A program made the translations under genes and the position numbers. A DNA stretch of 62,253 bases, the filler included, from Asterionella formosa (Eukaryota), in assembly GCA_002256025.1 (NCBI GenBank). It is 16 parts of 16 records of this genome, joined end to end, with 100 filler letters (N's around TTAATTAATTAA, not from the genome) between each part and the next. Parts side by side here need not be neighbours in the genome. Positions count along the whole stretch, not along the records: positions 1 to 31,244 come from NKIB01000733.1; 15 more parts are not named here. One strand, given 5' to 3'. Within the stretch, counting starts at the first letter, position 1. The number at the start of each line of letters is the position of its first letter. Shown piece by piece: positions 1-10,723 of the stretch. The notes under the pieces were generated by a model. That model was given only the letters and a program-made list of their open reading frames with translations. It searched no databases and was not told where the DNA came from.

Positions 1-1013
1 GATACTTGGCGTATTGCTATTCCTACATCATTATTGGATCCTATTATTAATTGGTATCATCAGATGTTAGCTCATGTGGGTATGACAAGATTAAATGCTA
101 CAATTGCTACACATTTTTATCACCCTATATTAAAAACAAGAGTGGAACATATTGTAAGAGTATGTGAAGCATGTCAACGTACAAAATTACCTGGTACTGG
201 TTTTGGTGAACTTCCACCCAGGAATGCATTATTATTACCATGGTCAGAAGTCGCAGTAGATCTAATTGGTCCATGGAAGATAACAGTGGCTGCTCAAACG
301 ATTGAATTTCGTGCTCTAACTTGTATTGACACAGTCACCAATTTAGCAGAAATTTCACGTATCATCAATAAAACATCAGAATATATTGCAATGAAATTTG
401 AAAATGATTGGTTAGCCAGATATCCCCGTCCAGAACGTTGTATACATGACAATGGAGGTGAATTTACTGGTGCTCCTTTCTTACACATGTTAGTATTGAA
501 TGGAATCAAAGATGTGACTACCACAGTAAAGAATCCACAAGCAAATGCTATCTGTGAACGTTTCCATCAATCTATCAGCAATAGTCTACGAGTTATGTTA
601 AAGGCTCATCCTCCAATCAATGAATTTCAAGCCCAAAATATTGTGGATACATGTTTTGCAGCTGCGTCGCTACTATTCATAGTATATTACGTATTTCACC
701 AGGAGCATGGGTTTTCCAACGTGATATGATATTAAATATTCCTTTGATTACAGATTTACAATTAATACATCAACGTCGACAGGTGATAATTGACGAACGT
801 TTACGTCGTGCAAATTTCCGTCGTCGATCTTATGATTACAAAGTGGGTGACGAGATTTTAATATTATTGGATAATCCTACTACTTTGGATGATCGTGGAC
901 GAGGTCCTTATACTATTATTCAAGTACATGCCAATGGTACAGTTACTTTTCAACGCACTATGCATATTACCGAACGAATTAATATTCGTCGTATCAAACC
1001 TTTTCATAGGTAA
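1..1013 (+). mobile_element. Ty3/gypsy LTR retrotransposon pol 3' end (integrase), frameshifted near 660-690
   Basis: HHCC zinc-binding motif (YHQMLAH...CEAC) and DDE core (VAVDLIGP, HDNGGEF, NAICERFH). The C-terminal part (SPGAWVFQRDM...GPYTI...NGTV...NIRRIKPF) continues in another frame (ORF 651-1013). Confidence 0.92.
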
Positions 1014-1039
1014 AAGGTTTTCCCTCAAGTGTGGGAGAG

Positions 1040-1234
1040 TGAGCAATCCTGCACATCGATACAGATATATATAGAGTTGGGGTTATGTCAAATATATCGG
1101 AATTCAATAATGAGAGAACTCGACTAACACCCATTCTATACTTTGATGTCAGTTCAGGAAATGAGTTATACATAAGGATTAATTAATAAGCTCATATATT
1201 CAACAAATACTACTACTTCTAGTTAGATACTTCA
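1040..1234 (+). repeat. 3' LTR of the gypsy element, preceded by a polypurine tract (GTGGGAGAG, 1031-1039)
   Basis: Follows the integrase stop and PPT, has TG...CA termini, and an inverted homologous copy lies at 7929-8126. The 5' boundary is uncertain by ~2 nt. Confidence 0.8.
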
Positions 1235-1299
1235 GGTGGTACCTGGTATACCGAATACAAGGAAACCCGTCCTGGTACGTGGGTACCAGAACAAGCTGC

Positions 1300-2273
1300 G
1301 GTATATGAGAAATGTAGCTCTGTTCTCCTCATAGAAAAAAACCGTCTTAGAAACAGTCATTGATCAAAGTATGGGTAAAGGTCAACCTACATATTGTCAG
1401 GATATAGGATCTGGCGAGAAACTGCAGAGAGGAACTTCGGTTTTTTAACTATGCTGAAAATAGTGGATTTTACCAGCCAGGCCGCAGTTTCTTGCCAAAA
1501 GTTAACTTATGGGGCTGTATGAAGAATACCTATGCTGTACTTAACTCTTCTTCAAACCCTGCCAACGTTGAGCTATCATTGTCAAAAAATTCGACAATAT
1601 TGGCCTTTCAATGGTCACCAAAATGTCAGAATCAGAATCATTAATTGCCAAAACATCACCATCAGAACAATGGTACTAGGCTTGTGCTAAACTTTTTAGT
1701 CGTGAAATCTTCTGTACAAAAAGTTCATTACCCGCTGTATTATTCGTCATATTCTGATTGGTTATACTTAAATCCATTCGATTGGCACAGTTTGCGAGGT
1801 CTCACAACCCCACCACGCCAGTCACACTAGATGCACCTGCAGCATTTTCTTGGGAGTTTGCCGATGCTACTACTCGTATACTGGTATCCACTACCTTGTA
1901 CCTGGTATGGAGTACCGTAGGAATACTAATTACCTGGTACCTAATACCTGGTAGACCTACTGGTAGGATCATCATTGGTCATAGTAGGAGCATATGCTTA
2001 CCAGGACACTAGTAGGATGCACATTCAAAAAAAAATCGGAGCCGCTGGGTTGTACATATGACACATATTTGTTGATCGGAGTAGGTATAGTACCGGTAGA
2101 GTAGCTATATATACATTTAGCAATGTATATGTACTTACATGCTAATTTCCACCACTGGTGATTTAAATATTTCAAATGGAATCATTGATATTCGAGATTA
2201 GCAAATAAAAAGTTTTCGCCAGCCCTAAGCAATATTTTAATTTTTGCCTGGGGTTCAAATGCAAGAACCTTAA
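1300..2273 (-). mobile_element. Truncated copy of TTAA-flanked non-autonomous TIR element (family A; Kolobok-like)
   Basis: Ends in GGGGTTCAAATGCAAGAACC-TTAA (TTAA 2270-2273). Several blocks are the reverse complement of 26467-27450, e.g. 1570-1650 vs 27190-27290 and 2140-2269 vs 26467-26600. Confidence 0.7.
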
Positions 2274-3249
2274 CTGGTGCAACTCCAAAGTTACCAGTCA
2301 TAAATGGCTTTGAGCCAAGGTATTATAAGCATTATCGTTTTCCATCAAATTCTATATTTATGTTAACATCAATCCCCTCCTCGCCCTTCCACATAATTTT
2401 AGTAGTTAGTTCATTAAGCTACATGAGAATTGGATTTTTTACTTGAACATATAGTATTAGCGAATTGAGATCTAGCTAAGAGAATGGCTTAGTGGTTTAT
2501 CACATTGCCTTTGATCTGAGGTTGTGAGGCTTGGTCCCTGCAATTTTTGAGAAGCTATTGTTAGGTTTGACTCCCACACTCCTTGTTACCATCCTGCATG
2601 GTCTTGCCTGGTGGTGTGAAAGAAATAATGGGTTGCCCCCCCCCCCTAGTAGCTAGTACACCAAGCAGCTTGTGCCACCTTCCTAGGCAGTCAGACTTTC
2701 CCCTAAAGCTGTGGCTAACCTTTCACGGAAGGCGGTTGGGGGACTCACCTACGCTAACAAGCAAAACTACTACTAGGGAATCTCAGGTCTTGTCAGCAGG
2801 TAGCACCAGGCCATGAAATACTTGGGCAGCCATCAAGCGATCCATCCATATTCCAACTGAAACGTTCGACGTTGGACCAAGGCCCCATGCTATAACTAGT
2901 AGCAAGTTGTGCTGCCCTCTGGTCAATTTTTATTTTCCTCCAAACCTCATCTTGTAGCACTTCTTCCAAGGAAATACTTTCCGCATTATTATCATTCTTT
3001 GCACCTGCTGTTCGATCAAGTTTTACAATTTTTAATAGTGCTAGTATTTGAATGGATCTTCTCAGATTCCCCGCTAATATGATGAAGGATCCGATCATAC
3101 ACATTGACAAAAGACTTCATGCCATCGGGACTGTAGTAAAGAAACATTGCTACTTCACTACTGTCTTGCCCCTTTGTAGTACTGATTGAGACGACAAGGT
3201 TGACAAACTTGAGATTTGGGTCCTCATTCGGTCAATTTCCTTGGGAAAC

Positions 3250-4106
3250 ACCAGCATAGTCTGGTGGTAAAGGTACCAGTCGGGTTAGTGCTTGGCTATG
3301 CGAAAGGATTGGACAGCCAATCAGTGTGGGAAGATTAAATGTGACCTGAAAAACTTTCGCCTATTTCGGGAATGTGATTGCTCATATGACGATTTAGATA
3401 AACCATCAATCAAATGATCTCCTGTCAGGCAAGTTGGTTACACCGCCTTACTTGGAATGAACGACAAATCACTAATGGATGCCTTGTATCAGCATTTTAT
3501 CACACCTTGCTGGCATGCTTTGGATTCTGGTGGAGATCCATTGGGAATCAATGGCCATATCCCACCTGAAAAGTTGCATTGTTCAATAAATGACGGTGTA
3601 TGCCTTATCTCATTACTATTCTGTTCTCGGTAAAGTTCGGCACGGTTACCTCTGCTCAAAGTTTGAAAAATAGAACCGCTTTTAATAAATTGTTTATATC
3701 AGTGTCAAAAATGATGCAACATCAAGAAAATCGACCGGTATTTGCCAAGCAAGGTGCAATTTTAATGATGGATTCCATGGTTGTTGCTCAAAGATTACAG
3801 GAAATGAAACAGTGGGGATGATGCTTTTTGCGTTTTTGTCAATGTCTACTGACACCGGAATCAAGCTCTACAAGAAGGACAAGCTTGGAGTGTCAATGCA
3901 GAACATAAAAAGACATCCAAATGATATTCGATGGCATGGTGTTTTATAGTGAATAAGAAAATTTTAGAGCACTACGCTTTTAATAAACTCGACTAAGTGT
4001 GGAGGTTGGTAGGTCGCACAGGGGCGCGGAGAGCCCCACGGAATTTAAGTGTGGAGATCAGATTGTTTCGGAAGGGCGACAGGGGGGGGGGGGGGGGGGG
4101 GGGGGA

Positions 4107-4178
<72 letters not shown>

Positions 4179-5680
4179 GGGGGGCGGCGAACTAGGTACT
4201 GAGTGATAGTACCCTGCCGGCGCTTGTTGTATTTATTTGACTGGTACTAAGGCGATACTGACCAGCCTTATAGGTAGTAGCCAGCCAGGCTTTCATGTGG
4301 GATAGCATGAGTTGAAGACATTGTGATAGTGGGAGACCAAAGAGATGGCCCCTCTCATCTATTAGAGCGAACTGTAAGGGGGTGTTGATATGCTGCTCTA
4401 ACTGCGATGACTAATGTGCTGACTCGTTTTGCTGCGGCAGCCTGAGCTGTGGCTCCATAGACAAAGTCGTTCCGGTCTTTCTATATTGGGTGGATGTGAA
4501 GGCGGACCGGAAGCTGCGTATCATTGGGCGAGTCCAAGTAGCAGCGTCGTATGGGTTGGAGAAGCCGCGCTGGGTGTTATAATTTGACATTGCATAGCCC
4601 TACAGGCATGGCTTGTTATAATTACTGCTAGTTGTGTCAAGATGGTTATGAAGTAAATCTATTGATGTGAATTGATCGTTGATCCATTGTCAATTACTAC
4701 ACAAAAGTGGTCAAGATTCGCTCTCCCAAGAGAAACGACAGAGCAAGGCTGGAAGATGACAAAGTTTCACCAACAGATGCATAGTACTGTCCGAAATACC
4801 GAACAGTTTGCAGTCCACAAGTTCAATGGAGGCGGAACTATGGAAAAGAATTTGAAATTTCTTTTCCAAGCAAGTTACCAGGTAAAACATCTCAAAAACG
4901 CCATCATTTGATAGACCTTCAATCTGGATATCAAATTAGTCTCGAGAATTTTTGGGAAGACATCCTTTTGATCATGACTATGTCCTAGTAAAGCTTGCTG
5001 ATGGTAATGAATGAAACTGTAACCACTGATACTACTGAAGGTTTAAAAACTTATAGCTATGGGTGGTTCATGCTTTATCTTGAAAATACAGGAAAATAAT
5101 GATGGTGAATTTGCTGTTGATTCTGTCACTTCCAATTCGGCGACTGGTTGTCATGACTTCTGGATTTGACCTTTTTGAGCGATTTAATTCGATTTCTGGG
5201 AAAGGAATTACTTCCCTTCATGACCAACAAAACAATTGAATTCCTGTACTAGGAACACAAACAAGATGGAAATACTTTCCATGCTCATCCCAATTGTTTG
5301 GTACCGGTTCTTGGTATGATTGGGCGGAGTTCAAATCGATACTACTTGAGGAAATTGGGATACCATACATAGTGTTGGGGAAAATATTTTGTATTGTTTG
5401 AGCCCGGCTTTGATTTTAGTGATCCATGGCTGTGTCCATCACTCCGCAATGAGTCAATTGGAATCTCTGCGATTGTGAAATCATGAAAGGAACCAATTGA
5501 GAGTCTACATAGTCTATAAGCTAGCTATCGTTCTAAAATGTTTGAGCTTGCTCAACTGATAGGCTATGAATCTGGAAAGTGAAAGCAGCTCGCTAATGTT
5601 CGTCACCGGAGGAACAAGTCCTAGTAGGTTCTTGGTCTTGTAAATCACAGCACATTTGGCCAGCTTGTCTCCCGCCCATT
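3250..5680 (+). pseudogene. Degenerate Plavaka-like (CACTA/CMC-related) transposase, interrupted by an insertion at 3940-4604
   Basis: Broken frames encode GGDPLGINGHIPPEKLH (~3530-3580), QGWKMTKFHQQMH (~4745-4780), KLPGKTSQKR and FHAHP...WYDWAEF (~5275-5335). These are collinear with the ORFs at 35895-37395. Confidence 0.8.
3940..4604. mobile_element. 665-bp insertion with TGT...ACA ends (solo-LTR-like) and 7-bp target-site duplication GGCATGG
   Basis: GGCATGG at 3933-3939 and 4605-4611. Removing the insert plus one TSD restores F-D-G-M-A-C-Y-N, matching F-E-G-M-L-C-Y-N in the other transposase copies. Contains a ~100-nt poly-G tract (4082-4181). Confidence 0.8.
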
Positions 5681-7928
5681 TGAGAAACGAGATACGCATG
5701 GTTGTATACAACACAGTGCGTACTACTAATACTGTAAATATTAGTATGTATCTCAATCAAATTTTATATTACGTTAAATCTAAACAAAAAATCGCACTTG
5801 TGCCTAGTAGTCGACACAGCTGGAATAATCTAGGGGTGTCTCAAGCGAACTCTGGGTCGTCGTCCCTCAATTTGTTAGAAGCGCTCCACAAGGCGAAGCT
5901 GAGCTCCGTCTCCCAGAGACGATTGATGACCCTCATCCCATGCTCTTAGGAGCGCCAAGAAAAACCTCCAACCTCTGGGGGAAGGGACGACATGATTGAT
6001 TGTCCTCTTCCATTCACATATCCATTACCAGTGGCGCATGCTCCACCGCCCCCCTTACTGTAGCTAGAGTTCCTAACCTTGGGTCGCAGAAGTTGAATCT
6101 ATATAGGAGGCCATTACGACGTTTCCCCAGATGAAGTGTTGTTGAAAAGTTACCACATCCTGTGGAAATACATAGTCACCAATCGCATTGAAAATGGTTG
6201 GATGCTGTGCAGAGAGATAGTAGGCTTCGATGGTCGGTAATCTGAATTGATGCTGAGCTAATACCATCTTGGTTGGCTTTACTTTGAACCACAGAAGTAG
6301 TAACTCCTAATATTTCTACCTAGTCCCGCGTTTTCGCTGATATGGATACTACTATAAATATAAGTAACCTAGCTAGTAGTAAGGAATAAATGGATTACAT
6401 ATATTTTTCCTTTCACAAATCACCTTGAAATGCCCTCATCCCATTCGTTCTTCCTTTCTTTTCATACCAGCCAGTTGGTTATCATCTTCATCCTTCAAGC
6501 GGTGTCGAGGCAGCACAACATGAAACTGACAACTTCGGCACCTACTGGTAACATTGGGAGAACTTTTCGCTTTCTTCTTTATCCCTCCAAGGCCAGGTTG
6601 CTTTAGATGGTGGTACTAGCATAGAAGATACCACCGCCATCTTTCTAGCATGAAATTTTGCTTCAATTTTTTCCTTATAGTGGAGGACATGGCAACAGGA
6701 CGAATTCTCGCAGTGCCTTCATGTTTCTCCTGCTCATGGAGATAAAGTTTCTCCTTCTTTTCTTTGTTTAGCGAAAATTCAACTTCACTAGCGCTTCTAG
6801 AGTGACTGAAGGGTGGATCAACGGCCTCCTCGTCACTTCCCTCTTCATGGCTGTAGCAAGGTAAGGCGGGCGGTCCAATACACTTTTTGCATAAAAGTGT
6901 CCAAAAATGCATAATGACGAGTTTGTCGGGGGAACTCGGGATTCATTTTTTGACTAAATTTGTAGCAAATCAATATTAATTTCTATCAATGATAGAAACT
7001 TTTCCTAATTGAATTTTCAATGACTCTTTTTACTTAGTATATGAAAACAGATTATCATTTTTCAAAATCGAAAAATAAAAATAAATTTGTACTACTGTAT
7101 ATTTTTTCAAGAAATCGGATGCATAGCTAATGTTTCAGATGCACTTACGTTTTCGACAGGGAAGACAAAAATCCCAGTACCCGCCCATAGTATCCCTCCA
7201 CTGCTTCTTCAACTAGTGATTTTTCTGATACTTCACCAGCAACTGCAAGAAGCACCACCCCCTCAAGAAATCAAATTCGTGGTGATGGTTCTTTCCCATC
7301 ATGTCCACCAATTACGGCGTTGCTACCAACAATGGAAGGACCTGTGACACCATCAGGAAACAAATTGAATGAAAAATCAGGCATTTCGATTAAAAGCATA
7401 TCGAATCGTCATTAAGTTCGGCTAAAACACCCACTACTTTGAACCAGGTGCAAGTACAGCGTGAACGATGGGAAATTGATCAAGAAAATGAATGAACGAA
7501 AAGCGTCATGGCCACTACTACTACTAGCTAGTAGTAGCGAGGGGTATCTATTTTTGCGCTCTTGGCGCATCACTTCCAACAAGTCACAGTTGTAGTATAA
7601 GCATTTTGGATCGGACGAAACATTTAGCTCCCACTGATCTTCTACATTCATTTGAAATTTCAACAGACCGCCCTTTTGAGTGAAGGAGCATTCTGATGAA
7701 ATCACCAGAGTGAGTTTTGTTGCAGGCTGATACTGTGTTGCTGTCATATAACAGGTCAACCCAAATCATGAATGGTACTAAGTGATCATCGGCTCGTCAT
7801 GCTGGCTACTAGACTGTTGTAATTCTACTGAATCATGTAAAGACATTTTCCTACTATGCAAAATGTTAGGTGCTACTAGTACATCAACATGATTATTAAT
7901 TCTAATTGGACTCTTTTTGAATACAAAG

Positions 7929-8126
7929 TGAAGTATCTTACTAGAAGTAGTAGTATTTGTTGAATATATGAGCTTATTAGTTAATCCTTGCATGCAACTC
8001 GTTTTCTAAGTCGACTCCAAAGTATACAATAGGTGGTAGTCGAGTTTTCTCATTATTGAGTTCTGAAATATATGATATAACTCCTCTAACCCTATATACA
8101 TTTGTATTGATGTGCGGGATCGCCCA
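7929..8126 (-). repeat. Isolated (solo-like) LTR of the gypsy family seen at 1040-1234
   Basis: TGAAGTATCTTACTAGAAGTAGTAGTATTTGTTGAATATATGAGCTTATT... is the reverse complement of the 3' end of the LTR at 1040-1234, and homology spans its full length. No clean TSD is seen. Confidence 0.8.
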
Positions 8127-8367
8127 CATGGTACCTGGTACCCTGTACCCTGCCTGGTGGTACCCTGGTACCTGGTACGGTCACAGATAGCAGCAAGTTG
8201 CGGTGATTGTGCTGATTGTAAATGTTAAGCTATCTTTATCCAATATTTTATTGTTTATTTAAGCTAAATGACCGCAACTTGCAGGCACCGGGAGGTCATC
8301 CTGTTACTACCGGTAGTCCGGAGTATTAGGTACCAGGTAGTAACCCTGGCACGGAGTGCTGGAGACA

Positions 8368-9243
8368 GGTACCAGTAAAAACTGCATTGATAATGACCCA
8401 CTGTTTTATCCCATTCGTTTGATTAGTTCGACTAAAACTTAGGTCCCATCTCTCTGAAATCTGTTCGGAAGTATTAATGGCATAAGGCGTCGGTGCATAA
8501 GCATCCTTTTCCTAGTTAAATTGAACATCTGGTTCAGGAGATATTTATATACATCTAGACGTAAAATTCAGTCTCAGTGGGTCAATGCAATATATGAAAT
8601 TTTTCACATACCTGGAAGTAATTTTATATTCGTTGGTGAACACGGATTATCCTGTTTGGTTCACAGCGAAAAGACATAAAATGCATTATGCTCCATACAT
8701 GATACCGGTACATTGTACAGGTACCGGTACATGGTACCATTCCTGGTACCTGGTACGGTACCTGGTACTAGGTACAATAGATGTACAGTATCACTTTTGT
8801 GCACAGCCATGGGTACATATTTATAGGTACCAGGCACCAGGTACCTGGTACTCCGTACCACTTATAATGGTCTGCCTACATAGATACTGGTATCATACCG
8901 CTGCACCGGGTTTCATCAATTTTTATTTACTGAATTATTATTGACAAGGTTATGGATAAGACATAAAATGCGAGAAATTTATATTCATCGTTGTACACAA
9001 TATAAGATGAGAACTCCAAACTTGGGATAATCCGTGCTTTTCACCTTTTTTTCCCGATCGCCACTTTTGACCTAAATTAACGAAAGATCGACGTCCAATC
9101 GGTTGAGAACTAACAGTATGACTCCATCCGGTATATGCACAATATACATTCTGGAGCTTAAGAAATAGAAAATGAATGATTTTTCATAACAAAACGTGTT
9201 TTTTAATGCCGTCAGTGGGTCAATGCAGTTTTTTACTGGTACC
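8368..9243. mobile_element. MITE/foldback-like element with terminal and internal inverted repeats
   Basis: GGTACCAGTAAAAACTGCATTGA (8368-8390) pairs with TCAATGCAGTTTTTTACTGGTACC (9220-9243). A second inverted pair is GGTGAA-CACGGATTATCC..TTTGG (~8635-8659) with CCAAAC..GGATAATCCGTG..TTCACC (~9016-9045). Confidence 0.55.
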
Positions 9244-9862
9244 AGTTAGCTGGAACGTTCGCTAATCGAGATATTTACCTTTATCTTTGCTGAAGTAAGA
9301 AAACGTGTTTCACTCACCATCGTCCTGATGGTGAGGCATTCCCGGGTACCTGGCACTGTACGTCATCGATCTGGTTGTCAGTATCAGCACCACGTACCTT
9401 GCACCTGTACCTGGTTCATTCATCATGAACAGTGGCGGTGGTTTGTTCCCAGGAGACGGAATAGGGACTGGTTTTCACGACACGATACCGGTCGTGAATT
9501 ATGGATAGGGTAAGAGGCACGACAAGTATATTTACTGGTACTGGTACCAGTACCGGCATCTGACAAATAAATACCGGCACACACGTCCAGTGCACAGAGT
9601 TTATACATTTATATAAATGACTCAAATCCATCTAGACTCTAGTCATGCAGCTAGTACTTGTCGTGATTGATGACCGTGACTATCCCGGGAAGTTTCTTGC
9701 TGCTTTTGCAAAAGCGTGGACGAAGTGCCCGAACAAAAGGCTTGTTTGTCACTCACAAAAACGCTAAGCAAGAAAGGCAGTCACAGAAAACACACTTCTC
9801 ACTTTAACTACTCGCCTTCCCTTCTCACAACTTCCATCAAATAATCTCACAACTCAATCAAC

Positions 9863-10723
9863 ATGTTTGCCAATATGCCTCACGCCATGAACCAACAAGA
9901 TGTCATCTCGACTGTCAATGTCATGATCATTCAGGAACAATCTTACCTTGCAGCTGACTATCTCTACCAGCAAATGCCCGAGATTTCGGCTGTCAACGGC
10001 CCTCAACGGTCCGCGGTCGACGTAGACTGTCGCACCAAGATGAGTGAATGGTGCTACCAGGTTGTCGATTTTTGCAAGTTTAATCGCGAAACAGTCAGCA
10101 TCGCCATGAACGTTCTCGACAGATACCTTTCATCCGCTGCTGGAACCGCTGCGTTGAACGATCGCAAGGTCTTTCAGCTGGCGGCCATGACTTCTCTTTA
10201 TACTGCCATCAAGACGTTTGAGTCCGAAGCCATGGAGCCTAAGATTGTTGCAGGCCTTTCTCGTGGTGCCTATACGGAACAGCAAGTCATTGATATGGAG
10301 CTGTCGATTCTCAACGCTATTCAATGGAGAATCAACGTTCCTACTCCACTTGCGTTTGTTCATCACTATCTGGCTTTAATGGATATCGATGAATGCGATG
10401 CTGTTTTTGAAATGGCCAAGTTTCAAACCGAATTGGCTGTCAATGAGTACAGTTTGGTTGGGACTACTCCTTCAATTATCGCCTTTGCGGCTGTTGCCAA
10501 CGCCTTGAAGGATATTTCCCCACAATGCATGGATATGATTTCAATGGTTTCGAACATTGGTGTGGGGGAAATTAAGGAAGTACAGGATATGTTATTCTAC
10601 TCAGTACAGAATAGCTCAACGGGTCGTGCCCCGTTGGCCCCAAAGAAATCAGCAAAGGCGTTTGGCGAGTGCAACAGTGGCGCAGTCCATGTCTCTCCAC
10701 GGGGTGTTGCCTGCCAACAATAA
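9863..10723 (+). CDS. Cyclin (diatom-specific cyclin type), 286 aa, intronless
   Basis: Cyclin box CRTKMSEWCYQVVDFCKFNRETVSIAMNVLDRYL, FQLAAMTSLYTAIK and MELSILNAIQWRINVPTP. The C-terminal SPRGV is typical of the family. Confidence 0.93.
   Translation: MFANMPHAMNQQDVISTVNVMIIQEQSYLAADYLYQQMPEISAVNGPQRSAVDVDCRTKMSEWCYQVVDFCKFNRETVSIAMNVLDRYLSSAAGTAALNDRKVFQLAAMTSLYTAIKTFESEAMEPKIVAGLSRGAYTEQQVIDMELSILNAIQWRINVPTPLAFVHHYLALMDIDECDAVFEMAKFQTELAVNEYSLVGTTPSIIAFAAVANALKDISPQCMDMISMVSNIGVGEIKEVQDMLFYSVQNSSTGRAPLAPKKSAKAFGECNSGAVHVSPRGVACQQ

Noticed and set aside
3997..4206. Gly-rich ORFs
   Set aside because: Translation of the poly-G tract only.
7921..8135. TSD around the isolated gypsy LTR
   Set aside because: Flanks (CAAAG / CATGG) do not match.
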